Sequence record: OR352942.1
Source of the DNA: Escherichia phage AV112
Length of the DNA: 64,000 nt
Strand: one strand, 5' to 3'
The notes under the pieces were generated by a model. That model ran no database searches, was not told where the DNA came from, and was given only the letters and a program-made list of their open reading frames with translations. Below, one piece after another: positions 54,547-64,000 of this stretch (its first letter is position 1; each line of letters opens with the position of its first letter). The position numbers and the translations under genes were made by a program.

Positions 54547-55674
54547 ATGGAAAAATTTATGGCTAAGTTCGGACAAGGATACGTCCAAACGCCATTTTTA
54601 TCGGAAAGCAATTCAGTACGATTTAAATTAAGCATAGCGGGCTCTTGCCCGCTATCAACATCTCCTGCTTATATTAAGTTCCAAGATAATCCACTTGGGT
54701 CCCAGGTTTTTTCCGTTGGATTAAACGTTCGTGTAATAAATCCTACAACAGGTGCAGTAGTTGAATCTAAGTCATATAATTTCTCTACTGAAAACGACGC
54801 CACGTCAAGTGCATTTGTTACTTACATGGACACATATGCTTCTAATTTTATATTTGCTCTTGTTACTAACTCTAAAACAAACTTTCCTCCTGAAGTTCTC
54901 GCATGGTTTACCAAAGTTGGGAGTTCTGTTATTCCATTAGCTCAACAAGTTTTAAATATAGTGGACATTTCTTATTCTGCATTTTATATTTCTGGTAAGA
55001 ATGCTATAGCACTAGAACATATTAAGTATAGTAATAAGAAAACTTCAACCGACTATAGTACACCACTTGATGTTGTGTACGACACGATTGATGATATTGG
55101 TGCTACCGGCTTTCCTAGTCGTACGTACGAATCGACAGACACATTTTTATCTGCTGTTGGAGGTACTAATAATGAAATTAAAAGGATGCCTACAACGTCC
55201 CTTATTACACCTCTCGCTGGGTATAAATTGAAGGCTGGAGATTTCCTTTATATGAAATTCCAACTAATGGCTGATGCTGATTTGTTAGCACAAGGGACGA
55301 CACGACTTTCTATTCGTTTCTTTAAATCTCCTTCTACTTCACCTATTTCATTTAAGGATATAAACTTTGATGGGGGCGCAGGTGAATGGAAGATATATGA
55401 AGACTACATAGAAATTCCTGCTGGTGCCGACGGGTTCACGATTTATTGTTATCGTACAGCTCCAGTTGGGCAAGGTGGATTAAGAAATGTTATATTCACT
55501 GAAGTATCATGTAATGGAAGCGTTTCAAAACCTGCCGAGTTTGGTATAAATGGTATTCGTGTAAATTATGTTTCAGAATCTTTAAGTGCCCCAGACATAA
55601 TGACATTACCTACTCAATCTTCAACTGATACTGGTAAGGTATTTGGACAAGAATTTAAAGAAGCATCAGAATAA
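54547..55674 (+). CDS. 35: Long tail fibre hinge protein gp35
   Basis: 375 aa (T4 372); synteny. Confidence 0.85.
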   Translation: MEKFMAKFGQGYVQTPFLSESNSVRFKLSIAGSCPLSTSPAYIKFQDNPLGSQVFSVGLNVRVINPTTGAVVESKSYNFSTENDATSSAFVTYMDTYASNFIFALVTNSKTNFPPEVLAWFTKVGSSVIPLAQQVLNIVDISYSAFYISGKNAIALEHIKYSNKKTSTDYSTPLDVVYDTIDDIGATGFPSRTYESTDTFLSAVGGTNNEIKRMPTTSLITPLAGYKLKAGDFLYMKFQLMADADLLAQGTTRLSIRFFKSPSTSPISFKDINFDGGAGEWKIYEDYIEIPAGADGFTIYCYRTAPVGQGGLRNVIFTEVSCNGSVSKPAEFGINGIRVNYVSESLSAPDIMTLPTQSSTDTGKVFGQEFKEASE

Positions 55675-55679
55675 ATTTA

Positions 55680-55704
55680 GGGAGACTTCGGTCTCCCATT
55701 TTTG
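55680..55704 (+). terminator. Terminator after gene 35
   Basis: GGGAGAC-UUCG-GUCUCCC then CAUUUUUG. Confidence 0.75.
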
Positions 55705-55712
55705 TATAAATA
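55705..55712 (+). promoter_or_regulatory. Late promoter TATAAATA (gene 36)
   Basis: Exact TATAAATA directly after gene 35 terminator hairpin. Confidence 0.75.
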
Positions 55713-55736
55713 TGGTATACATATAAGGAGACAACT

Positions 55737-56402
55737 ATGGCCGATTTAAAAGCTGGTAGTACAACTGGCGGTGCCGTTATATGGCATCAAGGTAATTTCC
55801 CTTTAATGCCAGCAGGTGATGACGTCCTGTATAAAACGTTTAAACTTTATTCAGAATATAATAAACCACAAGCGGCTGATAACGATTTTGTTTCTAAAGC
55901 TAATGGTGGTACTTTTGCGTCAAAGGTAACATTTAATGCTGGTGTTCAAGTACCATATGCTATAAACAATACAAACCAAAGCGGTATTTATCCTGGCAAT
56001 GGCGACGCAGCTACTTTTGCTACAGCAAATATTGATATTGTTTCATGGTATGGTATTGGTTTTAAATCATCACAGGGTTCAGCAGCCCGAACTGTTGTAA
56101 TTAACACACGTAATGGTGATATTAGTACAAAAGGTGTTGTGTCGGCAGCTGGTCAAGTAAGAAGTGATGCGACTGCTCCTATAGCAGCGAATGACCTTAC
56201 TAGAAAAGATTATGTTGATGGACGAATAAATATTGTTACGGATAACGCAAATTCCCGTGTATTGCGTTCTGGCGATACCATGGCTGGTACTTTAACAGCA
56301 CCAAACTTTTTCTCACAGAATCCGGCATCCGAGGCTAATCATGTTCCTCGTTTCGACCAGATTGTAATTAAAGATTCTGTTCAAGATTTCGGCTATTATT
56401 AA
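55737..56402 (+). CDS. 36: Long tail fibre distal connector gp36
   Basis: 221 aa as in T4; late promoter upstream. Confidence 0.85.
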   Translation: MADLKAGSTTGGAVIWHQGNFPLMPAGDDVLYKTFKLYSEYNKPQAADNDFVSKANGGTFASKVTFNAGVQVPYAINNTNQSGIYPGNGDAATFATANIDIVSWYGIGFKSSQGSAARTVVINTRNGDISTKGVVSAAGQVRSDATAPIAANDLTRKDYVDGRINIVTDNANSRVLRSGDTMAGTLTAPNFFSQNPASEANHVPRFDQIVIKDSVQDFGYY

Positions 56403-56410
56403 GAGGACTT

Positions 56411-59400
56411 ATGGCTACATTAAAACAGATACAATTTAAAAGAAGCAAAGTAGCAGGAGTTAATCCTACTGCAGCACAATTAGCCGAAGGCGAATTAGCG
56501 ATAAACTTAAAAGATCGAACTCTTTTTACTAAAGATGACCTCGGTAATATTATTAGCCTAGGCTTTGCTAAGGGCGGGGATATTAACGGTAATGTAACTC
56601 AAAATGGAGATTATTTACAGAACGGTACATATAATCTCAATGGAAACCAGTTTGTTTATGCAGGAAAGTATATTGAATTCTTGCCAAAAACTGCTGGAAA
56701 TGGCGCTTGGGCTAACCAACACACAAATAAAGCCCCTATCTTTACAGATTTGAGTTCAACTACTTCAACTTCTGAATACCATCCTTTGATTAAGCAACGT
56801 TATAAAAACGGTACTTTTTCAGCAGGTACATTAGTAAGCGAAGGTAGTTTTAAAATTCACTATATCGATGAAACAGGTGATTCAAAATATTGGACTTTTA
56901 ACCGTAACGGTAGTTTTATTGTAGATAACGGCAATATTGAAGTCCGCGCCGGTAATATTTCGGCTTCAGGTAATATTAACTCTGCTTCAGGGGTTGTGTC
57001 TGCGCCACGCGTCAACACAAAAAATATTAACTTGAGTTCTAAAACCTTTATCCCGAATAATGACGCGGGTTATGACATTGTTTCTTTACCTACTTGGATT
57101 TATAATCCACCAGCAGATGGTTCAGACCGTGATACAAACGGATTGAACTACATGCGTAAAATGCGTGCATCAAACACATCCAGCATTTTCCATGAAATTG
57201 TCGATTGCCGTAAAGACAAGCCGCAAGAAATTTCTTGGTGGACTGGTGTAGGGCCGTCATCTTTCCAATGGTCGTTTGATACCACTGGACGTATTGCTGC
57301 CGGTAAATCAATTTCTGTAGGTCTTCCTGATAATGGTGTGAATGGTCGTTATCCGCTTGAGTCTGCAATTTCTATTGGTATTGCAATTGGTGATAACGAC
57401 ACCGGTATTAAATGGGTCCGCGACGGTGTTATTGATTTCATGGCTAATGGTATTTCATCCGCTACCATTTTGAATAACGGTATTAACAGTACTAAGAAAT
57501 TGATGGTCGGTTATAGCCGCGATTCTGGTACTACTTGGGATTTCCCAAATAACAACCAAGCAATGTTTACTGCTCGTACTGATATTGATGGTAATAATAA
57601 CGGCGATGGACAGACTCATATCGGTTATAGCAGCAATTCTAAAATGTATCACTATTTCCGTGGCACGGGTCGTATGGCTATTGGCATGGCCGAAGGACTT
57701 ATTGTTGAACCAGGAATTTTAGATATTAAAACTAGTTCAAATACATTAAGTTTGCGTGCTGATGGTACCGTCGCTTCTGTTCAAACATTAAAGCTTAATA
57801 ATGGATTATATTTTAATGGTGATGGAACTAATGCTTCTCTAGTTTTTAAAGCAGCTTCAGGTATTGACGGCACTAAGCAAATCATGTGGGAAGGCGGTAC
57901 TCGAGCAGGTCAGAATAAGAGTTATGTAACTGTTAAAGCATGGGGTAATTCATTTAACGCATCCGGCGATCGTACTCGTGAAACAGTTTTTGAAGTAGCT
58001 GACGGGCAGGGATATTATTTTTATTCACAGCGTGTGGCTCCAACCGGTTCAGAAACTGTGGGACCTGTTGTAACACAAATTAATGGACAACTGAATGCAA
58101 GAGGGAGCATTATCACCGATGGAAGTCTTAGAGTTAATGGATTAAGTACATTATCCGGACAAGTTACTATGGATAACGGGCTTGTTTTATCCGGCGGTGG
58201 TTCTATTACCGGTCAAGTTAAAATCGGTAATACCGCAGATGCTTTCCGTATTTACAATGCTGAATATGGAGCTATTTTCCGTCGTTCTGAAGCATCTTTG
58301 TATATTATACCTACTCCTAAAGATGCCGGAGAATCAGGAGGTATAAGTAATCTTAGACCATTGACAATAGAACTGAACACTGGTACAGTTAAAATGTCAC
58401 ATGATGTTCATTTGGGAGATTCTGGATCCGGCACAGGATTATTACAAGTAAGTAATAGTCTTAAAACTATTAAAATGATATGTCCAGTAACTATTAATGA
58501 ACGTAATGCAGCGCTTACTCTAGATTCTCCTTCATCTTCTTCTGCTAATTATTTGCAGGGTTCTAAAGCTGGAACTAGATCTTGGTATGTTGGTCTTGGT
58601 GGTTCTGGAAATGATTTATCACTTTATAGCCAATCGTATGGACATGGTCTTGTTATAAGTGATAATTTCGTGTCAATCACTAAACCCTTTAAAGTCGGAA
58701 ATGCCCAACTAGGAACTGATGGTAATATCACCGGTGGTTCTGGTAATTTTGCTAACTTGAATACCACAATAAATAACCTTAAGACGGATATTGTCTCAAG
58801 TTATCCAATTGGTGCTCCAATTCCATGGCCAACGGATACTCCTCCTAATGGTTACGCTATTATGGAAGGTCAGACTTTTGATAAGTCTGCATATCCAAAG
58901 TTAGCTGTTGCATATCCTAGTGGTGTTATTCCAGATATGCGTGGGCAAACTATCAAGGGTAAACCAAGTGGTCGTGCTGTTTTGAGCGCAGAAGCAGACG
59001 GTGTTAAGTCACATAGCCATAGTGCAAGTGCATCAAGCACAGATTTAGGTACTAAGACCACTTCTAGTTTTGATTACGGTAGCAAAACGACTTCAAGCTT
59101 TGATTATGGTACTAAGACAAGTAGTACCACTGGCAACCATAACCATACAGTGAGTGGTAATACTAGTTCCGCTGGTGCTCACCAACACGCGCGTTCAGGC
59201 CCTCAGATACAAGGCGGCGTACCCGCTAGCATATTCTATGATGGATACAATAGTGCCGGTCCAAACGGCAACGCTAAAATCACTGGAAGCGTGAGCGGTG
59301 CTACTGCATCGTCGAATATGGCCAAAACTTCTTCAGACGGTGCCCACACCCATAGTTGGTCTGGTACTACTAGCGCCACAGGTAACCATGCGCATACGGT

Positions 59401-59557
59401 AGGTATTGGCGCTCATACCCATTCGGTAGGTATTGGTGCTCATACGCATACTGTTGCAATTGGTTCCCATGGACATACAATAACTGTAAATGCCACAGGA
59501 AATACAGAAAACACAGTTAAAAACGTTGCTTTTAACTATATCGTTCGTTTAGCATAA
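56411..59557 (+). CDS. 37: Long tail fibre distal subunit gp37 (receptor-binding)
   Basis: 1048 aa (T4 1026); C-terminal His-x-His boxes and conserved ...[14 protein letters not shown] end. Confidence 0.95.
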   Translation: MATLKQIQFKRSKVAGVNPTAAQLAEGELAINLKDRTLFTKDDLGNIISLGFAKGGDINGNVTQNGDYLQNGTYNLNGNQFVYAGKYIEFLPKTAGNGAWANQHTNKAPIFTDLSSTTSTSEYHPLIKQRYKNGTFSAGTLVSEGSFKIHYIDETGDSKYWTFNRNGSFIVDNGNIEVRAGNISASGNINSASGVVSAPRVNTKNINLSSKTFIPNNDAGYDIVSLPTWIYNPPADGSDRDTNGLNYMRKMRASNTSSIFHEIVDCRKDKPQEISWWTGVGPSSFQWSFDTTGRIAAGKSISVGLPDNGVNGRYPLESAISIGIAIGDNDTGIKWVRDGVIDFMANGISSATILNNGINSTKKLMVGYSRDSGTTWDFPNNNQAMFTARTDIDGNNNGDGQTHIGYSSNSKMYHYFRGTGRMAIGMAEGLIVEPGILDIKTSSNTLSLRADGTVASVQTLKLNNGLYFNGDGTNASLVFKAASGIDGTKQIMWEGGTRAGQNKSYVTVKAWGNSFNASGDRTRETVFEVADGQGYYFYSQRVAPTGSETVGPVVTQINGQLNARGSIITDGSLRVNGLSTLSGQVTMDNGLVLSGGGSITGQVKIGNTADAFRIYNAEYGAIFRRSEASLYIIPTPKDAGESGGISNLRPLTIELNTGTVKMSHDVHLGDSGSGTGLLQVSNSLKTIKMICPVTINERNAALTLDSPSSSSANYLQGSKAGTRSWYVGLGGSGNDLSLYSQSYGHGLVISDNFVSITKPFKVGNAQLGTDGNITGGSGNFANLNTTINNLKTDIVSSYPIGAPIPWPTDTPPNGYAIMEGQTFDKSAYPKLAVAYPSGVIPDMRGQTIKGKPSGRAVLSAEADGVKSHSHSASASSTDLGTKTTSSFDYGSKTTSSFDYGTKTSSTTGNHNHTVSGNTSSAGAHQHARSGPQIQGGVPASIFYDGYNSAGPNGNAKITGSVSGATASSNMAKTSSDGAHTHSWSGTTSATGNHAHTVGIGAHTHSVGIGAHTHTVAIGSHGHTITVNATGNTENTVKNVAFNYIVRLA
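59048..59137 (+). repeat. Degenerate 30-nt (10-aa) tandem repeat in gp37 tip region
   Basis: [10 protein letters not shown] / [10 protein letters not shown] / [10 protein letters not shown]; copies differ at synonymous sites. Confidence 0.8.
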
Positions 59558-59563
59558 GGAGAA

Positions 59564-59585
59564 GGGACTTCTGTCCCTTTTTATA
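59564..59585 (+). terminator. Terminator after gene 37
   Basis: GGGAC-UUCU-GUCCC then UUUUUAU. Confidence 0.7.
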
Positions 59586-59587
59586 AT

Positions 59588-60139
59588 ATGAAACTCTATC
59601 ACTATTATTTTGACACTAAAGAATTTTACAAAGAAGAAAATTACAAACCATTAAAAGGCGTAGGATTTCCGGCTCATTCGACACCAAAAAAACCTTTAGA
59701 CCCTAAAGAAGGCTATGCTATTATATTTGACGAACGCGAGCAAGAATGGGTATATGTTGAAGACCATCGTGGAAAAACGGTATGGACTTATGATAAGCAA
59801 AAAATTGTTATTGACACTCCAGGTGCTCTTCAAAATGTTACTACAGAAGAACCCGGCGAATTTGACATTTGGACCGACGACGGGTGGAAGGAAGATGAAG
59901 CATATAAACGCGTAGTTCAACGTGATAAGAAAATTCATGAACTCTATAAATTATTCAGTGTTTTAAGTTCTCTTATTGACGCAGAGGTTGCTAATAGAGA
60001 AGAAAAACGAAAATTTAAAGAGCTCAAAAAATTCTTTGCCCTTTTAGAAAAACATGAACATCTTGGCGGCGAATTCCCTAAATTCCCTGACCTTGAAAAC
60101 AAATCTATTATCAAAGCGATTATAAATATCTTTAAGTAA
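59588..60139 (+). CDS. 38: gp38, T4-type tail fibre assembly chaperone
   Basis: 183 aa as in T4; MKLYHYYFDTKEFYKEENYKP...; not the T2-type adhesin. Confidence 0.9.
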   Translation: MKLYHYYFDTKEFYKEENYKPLKGVGFPAHSTPKKPLDPKEGYAIIFDEREQEWVYVEDHRGKTVWTYDKQKIVIDTPGALQNVTTEEPGEFDIWTDDGWKEDEAYKRVVQRDKKIHELYKLFSVLSSLIDAEVANREEKRKFKELKKFFALLEKHEHLGGEFPKFPDLENKSIIKAIINIFK

Positions 60140-60148
60140 GGAGGTATT

Positions 60149-60808
60149 ATGGCAACACCAAAAGTATCATTTTCGCCTAGTGATATTCTATTTGGGTTGC
60201 TAGATCGTATTTTCAAAGATAACGCTACTGGAAAGGTTTTAATGTCTCGAGTAGCGGTAATTATTCTTTTGTTCCTAATGGCACTAATATGGTACAAAGG
60301 AAGTATTTTGCTGGATTATTACGTAAGAGCTAAGTATGATACTTATACTGAAATAATCCAAAAAGAACGAGCTTTACGTTTTGAATCTGCGGCTCTAGAA
60401 CAACTGCAAATAGTTCATATCTCATCTGGTGCAGATTTTAGTGCTGTGTATTCTTTCAGACCTAAAAACTTAAATTATTTTGTCGACCTTATAGCTTATG
60501 AAGGCAAACTACCTAGCACAATTTCTGAAAAGTCCCTTGGCGGATTCCCGGTGGATAAAACGGCCAATGAATATATAATTCATTTAAGTGGCCGTCATTT
60601 CTCATCTAAATCAGAATTTGCATTTTTGCCTACAAAATCTAAGACTGCCGAACTTTCTTATATGTATAGTTGTCCATACTTTAATTTGGATAACATCTAT
60701 GCCGGAACTGTGACGATGTATTGGTATAAGGGGAGTAATATACTTGAGGAAGACCGCTTAGCGGCTATATGCAACCAAGCGGTCCGAATACTAGGAAGGG
60801 CTAAATAA
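60149..60808 (+). CDS. t: Holin t
   Basis: 219 aa (T4 218); N-terminal TM and large periplasmic domain; ends ...RILGRAK. Confidence 0.9.
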   Translation: MATPKVSFSPSDILFGLLDRIFKDNATGKVLMSRVAVIILLFLMALIWYKGSILLDYYVRAKYDTYTEIIQKERALRFESAALEQLQIVHISSGADFSAVYSFRPKNLNYFVDLIAYEGKLPSTISEKSLGGFPVDKTANEYIIHLSGRHFSSKSEFAFLPTKSKTAELSYMYSCPYFNLDNIYAGTVTMYWYKGSNILEEDRLAAICNQAVRILGRAK

Positions 60809-61081
60809 TTAGTTGTTAGAATACATCGCTAAATGACGATAAATATTTTCAAAACCTTCATTGAATTCACTAATAAGTGTTTTCTTTTCTTCGGCAGTTA
60901 AATTTGTAATTAGTTTTCTGAACGAATTCTGATTTAGCTGCCGACCATCTTTTTTAATTCCAATCTCATTCAAGAATCCGATGAAACTTGCTCGGTCTTC
61001 AACAATATCTTCCCTAGAGAATTTAATCAAAATAGAAGCAATAGTAATAATTTCACGTACGATTTCAATGTCTTTATTCAT
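60809..61081 (-). CDS. asiA: AsiA anti-sigma70 factor
   Basis: 90 aa as in T4; conserved REIITIASILIKFSREDIVE. Confidence 0.9.
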   Translation of the reverse strand: MNKDIEIVREIITIASILIKFSREDIVEDRASFIGFLNEIGIKKDGRQLNQNSFRKLITNLTAEEKKTLISEFNEGFENIYRHLAMYSNN

Positions 61082-61127
61082 AACGTTTTATTCATTCCAC
61101 TTAGTTGATATGGATATAGTACCAATA

Positions 61128-61289
61128 TCAGTGTTGATTGTAAACGGCTTTTTCTACGCTTTTAACGTAATTGGTATAGTCTTCTTGTTCGTACGAGTGT
61201 AAGGCCAAGAACGGAACTAATAGTTCATTATAGACTAAAGCCTCACGCTCACGTTCGGCCTCTACTACGTTCTGAAGATTATGACTCAT
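61128..61289 (-). CDS. Hypothetical small protein
   Basis: Track ORF 61128-61343 trimmed to internal ATG to limit overlap with upstream ORF; uncertain. Confidence 0.35.
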   Translation of the reverse strand: MSHNLQNVVEAEREREALVYNELLVPFLALHSYEQEDYTNYVKSVEKAVYNQH

Positions 61290-61578
61290 ATCGTTCCTTA
61301 TAACTATCAATGTAGTCCTGTATGTCGAAGAATGACATTTCATATTCTAGGGCATTAAGAGCCCGTTCTTCAGTATAGTCAGAACCAAAGACGATAGTGA
61401 TTTCACCAGGCTTCATGTGATTGAAATCAACACTAAAAGGAATACGAGAACATACTTCGTCTGCCATATCTGCAACAACACTACGATATACTTCTCGGTT
61501 AACCTGATAAAGCTCTGCAAGTTCTTCACAACGAATAACAAGTTCAGTGGCAGGATTTTCTTTGATTTTAGTAAGCAT
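61279..61578 (-). CDS. Acidic protein, possibly Arn (anti-restriction)
   Basis: 99 aa, Asp/Glu-rich, at the arn position next to asiA; no sequence confirmation. Confidence 0.45.
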   Translation of the reverse strand: MLTKIKENPATELVIRCEELAELYQVNREVYRSVVADMADEVCSRIPFSVDFNHMKPGEITIVFGSDYTEERALNALEYEMSFFDIQDYIDSYKERYES

Positions 61579-61652
61579 AGTCTTTACCCTTATGTTTTTG
61601 TTTGCGTTTAGATTGAAGTTCTGATTTCTTCTTGTCCTTATGAACAGAAGCC

Positions 61653-61877
61653 TTATTGAAATCGTGTTTTGCTACAAGATTGTTCATAATGATTTATAAC
61701 CTCGTTTAAACATTTATCGGTAAAAGAAAACTTTTTAGCCACAGAACATTCGATAATGTGCTCTTTCAAATCTTTAGAGTCAGTATATCCCATCTCAGTA
61801 ATAAAGTGGCGAATTAAAGCTTTATTCTTATCATTAACAGAATTAAAATAATCTGCTTTAGAATCAATTATTCTCAT
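61653..61877 (-). CDS. Hypothetical protein (arn.x-region)
   Basis: 74-aa ORF. Confidence 0.5.
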   Translation of the reverse strand: MRIIDSKADYFNSVNDKNKALIRHFITEMGYTDSKDLKEHIIECSVAKKFSFTDKCLNEVINHYEQSCSKTRFQ

Positions 61878-62145
61878 CGTCTAATTTCCTTAATTGATAT
61901 TGCAACGAGCTAATAATTTCTTCGTTCATTTTAATATACATGTCACGCAAGAAAGATTTTAACCCGTCACGAATAATTGCTAACGTATCACCTTTACATA
62001 AATTAACCAAATAAGGATGATCTAAAGCGTCCCAACCAGGCTGATTAGCATACATACCATAGTTTTCTTCCATCATATGATTAAGACGTTTGATATCTTG
62101 GATACGTGATTCAATAGCATCTTTCTGGAGCTGTTTAATATTCAT
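61864..62145 (-). CDS. Hypothetical protein (arn.x-region)
   Basis: 93-aa ORF. Confidence 0.5.
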   Translation of the reverse strand: MNIKQLQKDAIESRIQDIKRLNHMMEENYGMYANQPGWDALDHPYLVNLCKGDTLAIIRDGLKSFLRDMYIKMNEEIISSLQYQLRKLDDENN

Positions 62146-62606
62146 TAATAAAGGTCCTCTGAATAAAGTTCTTTCTCACTTCCGCCACGTTCAATACGTA
62201 CCTGTCCAGCATATGTTGCAATAATCATTGCTTCTTCACGAGTCCAGTAATTAGAGTATTGGTCGATAAAGCCTTGGTCGTCACCACAAACTTGTTGCGA
62301 GACTAATTGAGGACCAACTATATCAAGTACTTCAGCCATATCTTTAGAGTAATGACGAACTCCAGGAATAACCAGAGTTCCACCACTCTTCAATTTAAAC
62401 CTATTAGCTGCACATACTATAACACGTTGAACTTTTTGGTCATTATTCCAATAGCACGTTTGCCAACAGATTTCAGGAACTTCATTCATTATATCATCGG
62501 CAGAATAATTATAACCGTAGGACTGGAATTTTTCTGCTAGACTTTCAGGAGTCTCACGAGACAAGGCCAAATCTAATAGCTCTAAACGTTCTTTAAATGA
62601 TTTCAT
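62145..62606 (-). CDS. Hypothetical protein (arn.x/motA.1-region)
   Basis: 153-aa ORF, tightly coupled to neighbours. Confidence 0.55.
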   Translation of the reverse strand: MKSFKERLELLDLALSRETPESLAEKFQSYGYNYSADDIMNEVPEICWQTCYWNNDQKVQRVIVCAANRFKLKSGGTLVIPGVRHYSKDMAEVLDIVGPQLVSQQVCGDDQGFIDQYSNYWTREEAMIIATYAGQVRIERGGSEKELYSEDLY

Positions 62607-62947
62607 TTAAACCATTCCTTAATACGTTGCCAAATAGATTTTTGTGCTTGTTTATTTACACCAATCGAACGAATAACAGGTTGTGACTGCTGATATTCTT
62701 TATAATCTTCTTTATAGATTTCGTAAGCTGCATCAACAAATGAACTGATCGCTGCCATAAAGTTTTTACGTATACCGCCAGGAGCTACTCCATTAGGGAA
62801 TTCAGAATTTTCGCGAATAATTAAATATAACCCAGCTTTAACTTTAACTATAGTTCCAAGATAAGCCCCATGGTACCAAATATCCCATCCTTCCTGAGTA
62901 GGTTCTGCACATTTACGAAGTTCGTTAATAATATTCAGCTTATTCAT
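62603..62947 (-). CDS. Hypothetical protein (motA.1-like position)
   Basis: 114-aa ORF immediately downstream of motA. Confidence 0.55.
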   Translation of the reverse strand: MNKLNIINELRKCAEPTQEGWDIWYHGAYLGTIVKVKAGLYLIIRENSEFPNGVAPGGIRKNFMAAISSFVDAAYEIYKEDYKEYQQSQPVIRSIGVNKQAQKSIWQRIKEWFK

Positions 62948-62957
62948 TATGTATTCC

Positions 62958-63590
62958 TCACAGTACGTTAGTTACAAGGGTAATGATTTCTTTGGACACA
63001 TTAGGGAAGTCAATGTAAGTATATTTACCACCGATCTTAATCTTAACATCATTTTCAAGAGAAGTAAACAGCTTTGATTCAGTTTCTGACATGTTGTACG
63101 CAAATATTCTAAGACAACCATCTCGACGAATTTCGATCTGACGAATACCTAGAACTCGTTTTGCAAATCGAACTTCCAAGTTACTACGGTTTTCACCGAT
63201 TTCTTTAACTTCAACTTTATCTTTAATATTTTCAAAAACAAAGTTTGCTAATTCATGCATTTCAGGAGTAACTCCACGTGCTTTTCTAGTGTTACGTTTC
63301 TGAAGAAGTTCTGGAGCATTTTCTTGGGCAAAGAGGTCTGCAGCTTTTTGGATAATATCCATTGCTTCGCCTGTTGCTATAAGTCCATCACCAGATTTTT
63401 CGACTAAACCTTTCTTAATCAATACACCAATGTTAGAGTTAACAACCGATGCATTGTATTCCGCTTCCAGAGCTTCACGGACATTGGCAGCAGTGGTGAA
63501 GTTGTTCTTAATGATATAAACCATTATTGCAGCAGTTTTTTCATTCAGAGCGTTTTCGGAAGCTTTGATGATGTAAGCAACTTTAGACAT
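62958..63590 (-). CDS. motA: MotA middle-transcription activator
   Basis: 210 aa (T4 211); conserved NSNIGVLIKKGLVEKSGDGLI; early promoter upstream. Confidence 0.9.
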   Translation of the reverse strand: MSKVAYIIKASENALNEKTAAIMVYIIKNNFTTAANVREALEAEYNASVVNSNIGVLIKKGLVEKSGDGLIATGEAMDIIQKAADLFAQENAPELLQKRNTRKARGVTPEMHELANFVFENIKDKVEVKEIGENRSNLEVRFAKRVLGIRQIEIRRDGCLRIFAYNMSETESKLFTSLENDVKIKIGGKYTYIDFPNVSKEIITLVTNVL

Positions 63591-63624
63591 TTTATTTCTC
63601 CAATTTGGTTGTTTTGTTTTGATA

Positions 63625-63660
63625 GGTCTATAATATCATGTTTGAAGCAAAAGTAAACTG
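63625..63660 (-). promoter_or_regulatory. Early-type promoter GTTTAC-N18-TATTAT (motA)
   Basis: Upstream of motA start. Confidence 0.6.
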
Positions 63661-63683
63661 TTTTGTGAGAAAAATGCACAAAA

Positions 63684-63700
63684 GGGAGCCGAAGCTCCCT
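63684..63700 (-). terminator. Hairpin terminator upstream of motA promoter
   Basis: GGGAGC-UUCG-GCUCCC then T-run on minus strand. Confidence 0.6.
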
Positions 63701-63775
63701 AATCATGTTTGTCCAACCAATACAGCCAAATCACTAGTGCAGCTATTGCACCGAGAAATCCTAAGGCTAGGGCAC

Positions 63776-64000
63776 TCAAAGTGCCTCCAAGTCTTTAGTG
63801 TACTCTGTCACAACATCAGTAGACTTCCAATACTCATTTTCTTCTTTCTTAGCTTTAGCTTCTTCTGCCAGTTTACGCGCTTCGTCGGAAGTGATATGGA
63901 AGATGTTAAGACCTACAAGTTTATCGACATGTTCTTTATACATTTCGATTTGTGCCAGCTCTTCAGTCAAAGCTTTACGAGTCTTGCCCTGAATCACAAT
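63776..64000 (-). CDS. 3' end of a gene continuing beyond the window (gene 52 topoisomerase subunit by T4 synteny, unverified)
   Basis: Open frame to window edge; product call rests only on T4 gene order. Confidence 0.4.
   Translation of the reverse strand: MVIQGKTRKALTEELAQIEMYKEHVDKLVGLNIFHITSDEARKLAEEAKAKKEENEYWKSTDVVTEYTKDLEAL

Overview
This window is a contiguous, densely coded segment of a T4-like (T-even, Tequatrovirus-type) myovirus genome, collinear with phage T4 from gene 16 to motA. Gene identities rest on my recognition of the translated ORFs, on motifs visible in the sequence and on T4 synteny; no database search was run, and all T4 lengths and sequences quoted are from memory. 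Plus-strand late genes: 16-17-18-19-20-67-68-21-22-23, 24, uvsW, 51-27-28-29-48-54, 34-35-36-37-38-t. Minus-strand early/middle genes: rnlB, hoc, inh, uvsY, 25, 26, alt, 30 and the 30.x ORFs, rIII, 31, cd, pseT, spanins, alc, rnlA, denA, nrdB, nrdA, td, frd, 32, 59, 33, dsbA, rnh, asiA, motA. Regulatory architecture is T4-like: TATAAATA late promoters, GTTTAC-N18-TAYTAT early promoters on the minus strand, and many C(UUCG)G tetraloop hairpins. I do not see a clear multi-gene novel system. The features that depart from the T4 reference are: (1) a perfect in-frame 54-bp tandem duplication inside major capsid gene 23; (2) a complete class-I DAHP synthase gene, translationally coupled to dCMP deaminase, which is absent from T4; (3) a small antisense early-type gene between genes 23 and 24 where T4 has segD; (4) a Hoc about one Ig domain shorter than T4 Hoc; (5) intron-free td and nrdB with no homing endonuclease genes; (6) a divergent gp37 tip region. 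No tRNA, rRNA, CRISPR array, integrase or transposase was found.
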